A DNA stretch of 64,000 nt from Amoebophrya sp. A120 (Eukaryota; Protista; Dinoflagellata), in assembly GCA_905178155.1 (NCBI GenBank), contig CAJINV010000012.1:3219144-3283143 (forward strand). The letters run 5' to 3'. The position numbers and the translations under genes are program-made. The notes beneath the pieces are model-generated. The model was not told where the DNA came from and made no database searches. It worked only from the letters and a program-made list of their open reading frames with translations. Positions 35,501 through 43,561 of this stretch are shown here, piece after piece (the first letter of the stretch is position 1; each line of letters opens with the position of its first letter).

Positions 35501-36616
35501 ACCTCCGTAGCAAATCTTCACTCGGGCAAAATGTTAGCCAGTTCCATTACGAATAAACATACTGCCGGAATTTATTCAGGACTACCACAACTTTCCACCT
35601 CAACCTCCGCCTCTTCAGGAGCGCCGGCGAGTAGTAGTAATCCCGTATTAGCGGCGAGAAGGGACTTTCTGCAGGCCCGGTCGGCGTTTATTCACCAGCT
35701 GATTACCCTCAACAGGTACGAAAATTCTTACACTGGTTCTTTCGCCCTACTTCATCCTGGGGGAGTGGTCTCCGACCTGGAACCTTGGCCCGATCTACAC
35801 GGCCATCAGGGTCGTGGGGCAGGAGATCACCACTTCTCCTCTTACCACCACCATCACCACCACCACCACCATCATACCCCTTTTAACTACAAAACGGCTT
35901 CAGCAAATTGTAGTGAAGTACTGCTTTCCGCGAACGAAGTGGAGACCACAATGGAGCTAGCGGGAGTCGTGTATGCACTATGAGCATTTCTTCGCTCTGG
36001 GTAGTCTATTGGAAAAATATCAATATTCGATAGAAGTGCAGCACACTTGTTATGATGCAGTCAGTCTGTCACCCACAGCAGCTTCTAAGCAGAAGACGCT
36101 GGCGGTGCCTACGTTGCACTAGTGCAACTGCAGCAGCAGCAGCTCGTCTTACATGGCAGGTTCGGGCGCTGCAATAAGATTGAGAAGTCTGGTGCAACAT
36201 CAAAATAAAGTAAAGTACTTCACCCAATTAGATACTGTACTGACATGTTGTCAATCTAGCCAGGACACTGTGCTGCATTTTTCCAAACCTTCTGGTGGAG
36301 GTGGAATTACACGAAAAGCTGTAGAACTTTGCACTCTGTCTAGTCATGACGACCCAGACCGATATTTGCACAGCATTTCGGCGTGTCACAAAACATTGGA
36401 ACTGATGGTAGTGGAGCGGAGAAAATAAAAAACCGGCCGCGCATTTCCGCCATGGCAGCTGCTGGGGGAGTTGCAAATAGACCTGGTTGCAGAGTAAAAG
36501 ACGCGACTGCTACCGGTGGCAATGATAGTTCGCAATTTTATTTCCGATCAGATGAAGATATCCCTTTTGAAATGAACTTGTACCGTTTTCTCGACCTCGT
36601 TTCCCAAAAATTGTAA
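11597..36616 (+). CDS. Giant low-complexity/coiled-coil protein (~4,365 aa), 31 introns (29 TIR-type, 2 GT-AG); function unknown
   Basis: Frame continuity checked by hand at each junction; summed exon length 13,098 nt is divisible by 3; ends FEMNLYRFLDLVSQKL*. Confidence 0.7.
11795..11952. mobile_element. TIR introner (family C)
   Basis: TGCAAAAGTATCGTA TIR core; DR AGAAC/AGAGC. Confidence 0.88.
12005..12283. mobile_element. TIR introner (family B, reverse orientation)
   Basis: DR TGTGT/TGCGT; reverse complement of 23977-24255. Confidence 0.92.
15265..15473. mobile_element. TIR introner (family D)
   Basis: TATCCAAGAAAAAAAC TIR; DR CCACA. Confidence 0.93.
16634..16938. mobile_element. TIR introner (family F)
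   Basis: DR AATCG; reverse complement of 26928-27265. Confidence 0.9.
16999..17319. mobile_element. TIR introner (family E)
   Basis: AAAAATCCCCCCTCCCCATAT TIR core; DR AGAAA. Confidence 0.92.
17371..17622. mobile_element. TIR introner (family A)
   Basis: DR CCGGA. Confidence 0.94.
17654..17911. mobile_element. Degenerate TIR introner
   Basis: TATCGCAAGAAAA...TTTTCGTACGATA; DR GGAAA/CGAAA; frame restored. Confidence 0.75.
18074..18231. mobile_element. TIR introner (family C)
   Basis: DR TGATG; frame restored. Confidence 0.9.
18995..19244. mobile_element. TIR introner (family A)
   Basis: DR ACCGG/ATCGC; frame restored. Confidence 0.88.
19324..19618. mobile_element. Degenerate TIR introner
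   Basis: TATCC...CGATA; DR GTTGG/CCTGG; frame restored. Confidence 0.75.
20666..20879. mobile_element. TIR introner (family H, 3-nt DR)
   Basis: TATATGCA...TGTTGTATA; DR CTG/CTT; frame needs element+3 nt. Confidence 0.7.
20969..21250. mobile_element. TIR introner (family B)
   Basis: DR GGCGG; same length (282 bp) as and similar to 165-446. Confidence 0.92.
21301..21510. mobile_element. TIR introner (family D-like)
   Basis: AAAAAAACACCATCACAATCAC inverted at both ends; DR AACGG. Confidence 0.93.
21611..21891. mobile_element. TIR introner (family A-like)
   Basis: DR CCCTA/CCCCA; frame restored. Confidence 0.85.
23048..23334. mobile_element. Degenerate TIR introner
   Basis: TATGCG...ATGCATA; flanks CAAGC/CTTCC; frame restored with +5. 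Confidence 0.7.
23977..24255. mobile_element. TIR introner (family B)
   Basis: DR GCAGT. Confidence 0.92.
25812..25990 (+). other. Canonical GT-AG intron
   Basis: GTATAAGT...CGCAG; joins ORF 24260 to the frame of ORF 26065. Confidence 0.65.
26411..26670. mobile_element. TIR introner (family A)
   Basis: DR GCATT/GCAGT; close relative of 17371-17622. Confidence 0.93.
26928..27265. mobile_element. TIR introner (family F)
   Basis: TATTACAGTGAAAA...TTTTCATTGTAATA; DR GGAGC/AGAGC; internal 24-bp duplication. Confidence 0.92.
27318..27528 (+). other. Canonical GT-AG intron
   Basis: GAG|GTACTT...pyrimidine tract...CTCAG|GTC; frame restored. Confidence 0.75.
27594..27849. mobile_element. TIR introner (family G)
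   Basis: TIR contains tandem CTCAAACGTTACA twice; DR GTGCG. Confidence 0.92.
28035..28297. mobile_element. TIR introner (family A)
   Basis: DR CAGAG; close relative of 3701-3949. Confidence 0.94.
28357..28678. mobile_element. TIR introner (family E, reverse of 16999)
   Basis: DR CCGGG/TCAGG; frame restored. Confidence 0.9.
28824..28969. mobile_element. TIR introner (family C)
   Basis: DR GGAAG/GGATG. Confidence 0.9.
29041..29368. mobile_element. TIR introner (family D-like)
   Basis: TATCCTGAGAAAAAAACTGT...ACAGTTTTTTCGTGGGATA; DR AACGC. Confidence 0.9.
29686..29903. mobile_element. TIR introner (family H, reverse of 20666)
   Basis: Right end degenerate; element+3 nt restores frame. Confidence 0.6.
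30292..30557. mobile_element. TIR introner (family A, reverse of 28035)
   Basis: DR GCCCT. Confidence 0.94.
30782..33754 (+). CDS. Reverse-transcriptase-like polyprotein, N-terminally truncated (990 aa)
   Basis: VQYVDD at 31154-31171, then GQFLAPLKCE and LKILGI (RT subdomains 5-7 pattern); RNase H-like RDGAS..GVGIVG region; charged C-terminus; no introns. Confidence 0.75.
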   Translation: MLGGTLMFLPGVEIVAEFLEEVFDEEGRTNRERLQKAEAKLRTRIARLYKGGDIDTSFRDYDHRTEVDEIYQKEAGPPVTGYRRGEKVTTGQGKEKKGEKARKTEFRYYMGNLPHDNKRKWTLAVQYVDDGTIVLKFFVEDIEVVAAALKAASWAYQKIYETEGQFLAPLKCEFATSLKDPAKISILRQAFQPFGIMFEEKDFLKILGIRIVPTNKEGQRKALRSQVQQSIGIGQHLAYQVMSRRKKLEGEELVWIIQVFFVSSMIYFLPVMQLYFDMQDWATMLGEISLTIAETIGMTEETVEELMRKTNTNAETFYRVVFGAKMLGITDPITLGLKTLRATAQANYLTDPGGFIQMATMPLKVVGESKAGIARAVERKIMKRKEADIALLQALRDGASVRLSAGSDLRGVGIVGKTNKAKPQMVQSQHVYRCDRSLLADKIRTGGKGKKGQSDYMTKIWVKHTKKEEATMVTVEEWKGKEEHMATIETRQDHLKTEVRTEERKFVAYCNNAIRAIEMVKKQQHEGSGGVCVCLLDYDEMKEKTRGLLRKEQGIALELQEEIEKAEKQIPGLTIVRRWGKQNAPKTLEKRETQGGYTEAIPLKVANVSKHDDEYAEWVQYDFGEKNVPTKPIWEWPEMSKIERQVYTYRKIIGDEKKDGKKAEEGGGDGEDDRRKDSTGERKGKEASSSAKEKARCGKDPKGNTATTDTSREIVSGSLAETIRKMVEGEKIRAQKEGNEMLQRALDIIGRATDLLETAEDVPLESRATSSSSNRRDMPEITEERKESKEEEENEIEEDVYFSPAQEYQGSRSGYVYKLGRFGMGYYKDQGPEEATREMFQKITIGGPGGKLPKREISKEQKTAKKEVTGDATRQEKNTQQVRKVAEEEEEIEMTSREAEEPGGEGRSGSLRKKTAKDISETVREKEDEKEEERFPTLEELNERDRKRDREEAAEREEERKRQEERRSMKRPKYDNALQEELAQMFRNTH
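34499..34568 (+). repeat. 35-bp perfect tandem duplication in the retroelement 3' UTR
   Basis: GGTATTGGCAGAGGCTAAATCTGTTCTAACGCCAC x2. Confidence 0.95.
34872..35156. mobile_element. TIR introner (family A)
   Basis: DR GCCGG. Confidence 0.92.
35248..35390. mobile_element. TIR introner (family C)
   Basis: DR GTACT. Confidence 0.92.
35972..36377. mobile_element. Degenerate TIR introner
   Basis: Right end GACCCAGACCGATATTTGCA; DR TCGTG/TCGGC; frame restored. Confidence 0.65.
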
Positions 36617-38144
36617 AATTTTTTGCTGAAGATAATCAATGATGATGAGCTACTTACTTGAAGACCAAAGCCTGAGTTCGTTTCTGTCCTTTTTCAAAGC
36701 TACTTACACTGCTATATCTAGAGCTGCAAGAGTACAAAGAGAAGCTGAAGGGAGAGCTGGACACAAAGTAGAAGTACTTTGGGACGCAATGCACATCCTA
36801 GTTTCATTTTAGTATTTAGGTTAACTTTCATATCTGTTTGTTTCACCATGGAGATCGAAATGGAATGGAAAATAGAATTGCGGTAATGCATCAATCGAGT
36901 AGAAGTAGGACCACTACCGCATGTGGCTCTTGAATGCCCCCATGGTTATTGGCCATCGCGACTTGAAGTGTGACTGCTCTGTCGCTTTTGCCAGGATGCT
37001 CCATCTGATTTCTGTATGATTTTTCGTTATTTTCGTTACAGCACAAGTTCAAGTTCTGATGCCTTATTTCGATTGCTTTCATTGTAGTGAGTAAGTTCTT
37101 CAATTTGCTTTCTGACTGAATTTGAGTGAGTATAAAGCGACTGGTATCAAATCAAATCAGTGCACAAGAATGAAAATCAGCCTCAGGCTAATCTGCCATT
37201 TTTTTCGTTATCTCTGCGGAGATTTCAACCCGGTTGTTTGCTGCTCTGCCTCTCAGACGACTCATGTCATTCGTGTTCGCGCCATCTCGACGACGGCAAG
37301 GAAACAAGACGACTCAAACGAAATGGCAATCGTGCAGGCAAATTTCAAGCTTTACGCTTCCATTAAAGTTCCTGGCCAATCTTCGCGAATAGTCGACGTG
37401 TGAGGTGCAATCGTGTACGTACGTAGATAAGTATCGTCTTGCAAGAACTGGCCGTCGCAAGATCGGTTTTGCTGGAAACTTCACTTCAGTACAGAACAAA
37501 GGTACGATGAGGATCAATGTATCAACATCGTACTCCTAGCCTCGGTTCGAAAAGCCATCGGTTATTACATACCTGTCGCCTGCTCAAGGATACATACTAG
37601 TACGACTTTCATCGATCTGTGGACATGTGAGCACCTCCTCCAGAAAGGCTGTATGGATAAAATATTAGCCATGATGATCAGCAGGCTGCTCAGAAGACAG
37701 CGAACTAGATAACATACGGGGATACACTCATTTTTAGTTTTAAGAAGTGGAGCATATTTTTCGCAGCTACCTACGACCCCGATTGGGATGGAGCCACAAC
37801 TCGAAACTTGCCTCCTCTATCTTCGTCAACAGCCTCCTTCAGCCGCCCACTTTTACTAGCGCCGCTCGTTTGATGTTAATGTTCTCCAGCAGCTTTAATA
37901 GCGTCCGATTGACCATTTCTGTGCACCACAGCCTTTGGTTTGAATGCCTATCTCGAGCATGTACTTTTTATTCGCTACCCAGCCGTGACCTACGTCCCTT
38001 TTTCTTTTTCATCAGATTTCATTCGTAAGGATCTATCAACATAACTTGGGACGACTACACTTGAACTTTTTACGCGCCAGACTCTACTCCTATACCAGAA
38101 TTGCTATATGAATCAGCATCAAGATCGCATCATCCACCACTTAC

Positions 38145-41100
38145 ATGCCACCTCCTCCTCCGCCACGACCGCCATCTCAGGGCGGCGCAGCAGACACGAC
38201 CAGCAGCGAAAAAAATAGTAGAAGTAAAGAGCCTACAATTCGTGACGTTGTCCTCGCGAAAAACGAGAATTCGCAGGCGAGGCAGCAGTACATGATGTTC
38301 GACCTCGCGAAACCAATTGGATGGAAGAGCGGCAGCGCGTCCGGGCTCGTGCAGCGGCGCCAGGAGGAGAACTACTACGGAGGTCCACCTCGCACAAGTA
38401 CCTCTGCACGCGGACCACCAGCAGCATTCCCCCCGGGGGAAGCTGCCTATCCAAGAAAAAAGCATTGTAGGTGTAACTTTTTTGGAGGAACAGCATTACA
38501 AATCTGTCTGGCATGGCAGCAGAAACCTGTCATGCGCAGATAGTACGTGAAAACGCCCTTTCATGCACCCTACAATGCATGCCAAGCATGACAGACGCAA
38601 TCACCTTGCATGTTCATGCATCACAAATTTGCACTAACAACGTTTTTTTCTTGGATACTGCCCCCTTGTTCTTCACTCTCCCGGACTCGGCGGGGTGCAT
38701 CACGCGCACGTGTAAGGTATCCTGTGCAAAAGTATTGCACTCGTATTGCAATCATGCATTACAAGTTTTCTTCTTAAGGTAAATCCGCATTACAAATTTT
38801 GCTTCTCTTCATGCTGAGGAAATTTGTAATGCATTTATACGAGTACGATTACGATACCTTTGCAATGCATATAAGGACCCTAACTGCAACAATAAGTACC
38901 TGGCCGGGACGCCGGTCGAGTTTGCGGGTCGGTTCTGTCTATCAACTGTAAAAATGTCTGGGTCTGGAAGATTCTGACACTTGTCATGCACGTTTTGCAT
39001 GAGCAATGATGTCCGTGATGCATACCCTAGCAATACAGACTTTTTGAGGGCTTCTTGATGCCTATTCCGCATGACAAATGCCTTCTCAGCGTAGCAAAAG
39101 TTGCGCTCCCTTTGCTACTCATGCAATACAGATTTTTTTGGAATCCAAATGCAGCATCACAAGTTGCTTTCTTCCAGACCCAGACATTTTTGCATTTGAT
39201 TCTGTCGCAGCTTGCACGACGGCTTTCAGTACTGTGAGCTCCACATCGCGCAAGACGAGAAGTTCGCGAGAATCCAGTGCCAGGGCATCAAAAAGTACAA
39301 CAGCGAAAGGTGCAAGATCCACCGGTATTCTAGCATTCGAATGGGGAACGACGGCAACGGCGAGCTGGCCGCCAAACCGTTGCTGGAGGGGCGAAGTAAC
39401 TTCTGCTTGTTTCACCAGCCGAAGGGCTTTGATTTGTCGTACTGCAAACGCGAGCAAGTGCAGGGCATTGACCAATGGCCCTGGGTGTTTTTTGACCTGG
39501 AAACCGGTCGGCTCGTGTCGGAGTCCAGCGGGGACAGAGTATCAAAAAGAAAAATCCCCCCTTTCCGTATCAAAGTGGAAATTTGTGATGCTGATTTGTC
39601 GTCACAAATCGCCCTTGTCTTGCCTATAGGGCAATAGGAGCTGCCTTGTGGCGCATTCTATACAGCCAGTCTGTCATGCGCTTTCGACTACTGCAAACCT
39701 GTTTGCCATGCCTAATTGCAGCTAGCCTTCTGCATATCCGAGCAGGCAGCTCAGAAAATACCGCCAAGCGTTTTCTGCAAGACAAATCTGATTTGTGGGC
39801 GCCAATGAGCACTACAAATTTCCATTTTGATATGGGGAGGGGGGATTTTTCCTCACAATACAAAGACCGCGTCGACGTGAGCCTGGAGCGGGTCACCGAA
39901 ATCGGCGCGGTAGTGGTGAGAAATCCTGCGGAGGAGCTTCTACTATCACGCACGTCGAGGTCGCCAGCTCATGATGCGCACGGATTGGCTGCTGGCCACC
40001 CCCGCGGCCCGGATTGTTCGATATCATCTCTACCAGGAGGAGATGAGATTTTTGAAAATGAAAACTCATCCGCCCCCGCACGGTATGACGAGAGAAGCTC
40101 CGGGTTATTGTCCTCAAGCGCGGGTGGAAGAACTCATCACAGTCGAGGACCATACGAGCGCCCGCTACATTATGCATTGCAAATCTGTCCGGGTCTGGAA
40201 ATCTGTGATGCCAAAAAGCGGATGATGGAGACACTTTCGAATGCAGCCACGCATGACAACTTTCCAGAACGCTTATTTCTCATGCGCGGCCCGCATGAGA
40301 AACTGTGTTTCTTTTTCGTATGACAAAAGAGGCTGTGACTTTTGCTGGTCATGCAATACAGACCGCACAGGAATGTAAGCCCAGCATTGCAAGTTCGGAC
40401 TTTCCAGACCTAGACATTTCTGGAGTCGATATCCATTTCGAGACCTTGGTTCGGCCCAACCCGACCGAACCGATTGTGACGCCAAACGTCTCGGGGATCG
40501 AAAACGAAATGCTACAAACTGCCCCGGATTTCAAAACCGCGATGAGGAGTTTCTTGCAGTTTCTCGAGAGCTGTTGTCAGCAGCACTGCGAAGCAGGCGA
40601 TGTTGTAGGTGAAGCAGGCAGGAGGAGCACAAGTTCGACTAAAGATGCAACCACGACTGGCACGACAAGTAGAAGTAGACCCCTTCTGATCGCGCACAAC
40701 GGGTTGAATTTTGACGTGCAGGTGCTCTTTCACGAGCTTGTGCGGCACGGGATGGCGCGCGAGCTGGAAAAATTTCGGACCTTCCTTTTCCTCGACTCGC
40801 GGGTATCAAATGTAAAAATGTCTGGGTCTGGAAACTTGTGATGCTGGGTAGCGTCTCATGATGAGGCCACAAATGCTGGCTCAGCATGACAAGTTTCTGA
40901 GTTTCTAGGTGTTGCCTATTCTGCATGACAAACTACGTTTCATCACAGAAAAGTGAAGCTCTTGGGTAACGTGCATGACAGATTTAAGAGTCATGCCAGA
41001 CAGGCATGATTTTTCCAGACCCAGACATTTTTGCACTTGATAGCGGGATGTTGTGGACAATTTTCGCCCGGATTTCGAGTGCAGGAAGCTGGGGTGCTTG

Positions 41101-41553
41101 GGGTTGCAATTGAAGATTGACCGGAGAGACTACGTGGTGCCGACGGGAGAGGGAAATATTAACCACACTGCGCCGAGAACGGGTACTGGCGAGGTGCAGT
41201 TGATGCCAAAAAATAACGCCAGGAACAAAAGATCTGACTCCTTGCCAGAAATATTAAATCAGGGCCAAGGTGATATAGCGTCGTGCGCAGCTCCTACGCA
41301 ACAAGCGTCGAGCAATGTGAGCGAGGTCAGCATTGCCTCGACGGCCAGCGAGCACTGGGCCCGGCCGCACAGAGCGCTGTCGGATTCGTTTCTGTTGCGT
41401 GACGTCGTGTTGAAATCGATAGCGACGTGCTCGAAGCACAGGGCGCTGGCCGAAGGCTTGACGGTGCAGAAGGTCTTCGCAAATAACGCGCGATGCTGGA
41501 GTACGCACTGCAAACATGCCACCGCAGGAGCGACCCCCAAATTTGTCGTTTAG
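38145..41553 (+). CDS. DEDDh 3'-5' exonuclease (DnaQ/TREX/DPD1-like) with Cys/His-rich N-terminal region; 6 introners
   Basis: ExoI VFFDLETG, TEIGAV, ExoII IAHNGLNFD, FLDS and ExoIII HRALSD are reconstituted across introners. Confidence 0.9.
38448..38657. mobile_element. TIR introner (family D, reverse of 15265)
   Basis: DR CTGCC. Confidence 0.93.
38718..38871. mobile_element. TIR introner (family C)
   Basis: DR TAAGG. Confidence 0.92.
38940..39201. mobile_element. TIR introner (family A)
   Basis: DR CTGTC; right end GATT. Confidence 0.92.
39540..39860. mobile_element. TIR introner (family E)
   Basis: DR CAGAG/CAAAG. Confidence 0.9.
40171..40431. mobile_element. TIR introner (family A)
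   Basis: DR TACAT/TCCAT. Confidence 0.88.
40804..41042. mobile_element. TIR introner (family A, reverse of 17371/26411)
   Basis: DR GCGGG. Confidence 0.94.
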
Positions 41554-42182
41554 AATACAAATGAATGATATATAATCTAGAGACGACGAGGCGCGCGCGA
41601 TCATGCATTGTGCTGCGCAAGACAAATACAGTCCAAAAGATTTTTGTATTGACTTCTTGCCTGCGGCTGCTCAGTTGGAGTTGCATAGAGGTAACTGCGT
41701 TTACAATTACAAAACATCAAGTCTGTGTGTTGCCGATGCCGATGTAATCACATTTTATGTGCATAAAAAGAGATGGGCAAAAAACAAGATGAAGCCTTGC
41801 GCTGGCATGTTTGTATTCCATAGGCAGTGGGGTGAAAACTGAGCCGCATTCGCCTGTCGCACGAAAGCGGACGGCGCCAGAGGCGGAAGAGGGGCCGAGC
41901 GAACTCGTCTTGACGGGGGGATGGAAGGACAAGCAACAGAAAACGGAGAAGAGAAGCGATAGTGGTGGAGCTGGCGGCCCTCCACCCGGACGATTTTTCT
42001 CTACTGGACAACGGGGGACATTGCTACAAGGAGCTCCGCGTGGTGGAGGTGGTTAGAATCTGTGAGTAATTATCTTTTTCAGCGATTGACATGATAAAGC
42101 ATCGGATCTAACTCCTATGTGTATTTTCATAAACCCCTCGTAATGGATAAGGAGCTGCTGGTCACGTACCATTTTGCTTACC

Positions 42183-42316
42183 TCAACCCCTGTGGCTCGC
42201 TTTGCGGTGCAGCTGCGGGGAGTAGTTCTTACATCATTACTACTTATTTTGCTCACCCCATCTATCAACCCCTGTGGCTCGCTTTGCGGTGCAGCCACGG
42301 GGAGTAGTTCTTACAT
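42183..42316 (+). repeat. Intergenic 52-bp direct repeat, each copy a GC hairpin
   Basis: TCAACCCCTGTGGCTCGCTTTGCGGTGCAGC..CGGGGAGTAGTTCTTACAT at 42183 and 42265. Confidence 0.85.
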
Positions 42317-42753
42317 AGTATTTTGCTGAGCCCTGTGAAAACTGAGACGCTTCAGTAGTTTCGCACGACCACGACGACGACACAACTAAGTGCTGAAAAT
42401 GCGAGATCTGCATAATTTACACGTCTTAAAGGGTCTTCTTGCTAGGACATGTTGTGGGAAAAAAGCAACGGCAGCAACAGTGTTCTTCTCCGGTTCAGTC
42501 TTGTTTTCCGCGATACCTGAACGACCGGGCGAGAAGTGTGGCCTATCCTTTTTTAGTATGTACTTGCACTTATGCTGTCACTTTATAATGTGATGTAGTC
42601 GCATCGGCATCACAGTACGTGTACCTACCAGCTTTACTCGGAGTCAGAGAGAATCCATGCGATCAAAAGCGTTGCTGTTGCCCGGAACCATTTCTGCCCA
42701 TTGCTAGCATTTCAAGTAAAGATGGAGCTGAAGTAAGAAGCGAAACCAAAAAA

Positions 42754-43492
42754 ATGTCCTTTTCCCCATCCATGTTCCTGTTTGGCAATGCGCTTGCCGC
42801 CGCGCCCGCGTTCGCCTTCTACAGCCATATGCAGCGGGTCGAGCAAACGTGCCAGTACTACCTCGAAAGGAGCAGGTCGAGCCGGGCAGCCGGGGAACCA
42901 CCGAGGTTACCGGTGAAAATTTCCGCGATGGATCCGATCACTCAGTGGAACCAAGCGCTGATAGCGTTGCACCACTTTTTGCACACGACCGCGGCCTTGA
43001 CGAGTGGGGGAGTAGGAAAAATTGCTGCTGTGAAATCCACTTCGTGATATCCGGGATTTTTTTGCTGAATAGGAAAACTCTCTGTCACCTGTTCTTGCAG
43101 CTGATAAAAAACAGTACGTAGCTGCTCCTGGATTCTCAAATTGCGTCGACAAACTGCAGCTACCAGTGCGCACTGAAAAGGGCAGCTGCCGCTTCTGGAT
43201 AAACGATCTGTTCTTGGCTCGTTCTTGCGTTTTGAGCCGGCGTTCTTCCATATCTTTTTTCACTTTTACATGTGTGGTCGTAGTAGATAAATCGGGTTGC
43301 TATAATGATGCGACCGGTGAATCCTGGTTCGCGTTCCAGCTGCACGACCGTTGCCTGCAGAGTTTTTGCTGTTTCTTTCAATCAAGAAGGAAAAGTTCTT
43401 CTTTGGTCTACAATTACAATTTTCACGACTTGATTTTTTGCGCGCTGCTGAGTGCATTCATATACAACTCCTACACGGGCTTTCAAGGATAG
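42754..43492 (+). CDS. Possible small membrane protein; exon structure unresolved
   Basis: AAAA-ATG context, GC-rich coding-like stretch, hydrophobic segments at both ends. Confidence 0.3.
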
Positions 43493-43561
43493 AAATGAAC
43501 ATGGACTACACTTTCATGGTAAAGTAAATTGATATTCTTGGCAATATTTCAAAAAGAAATC

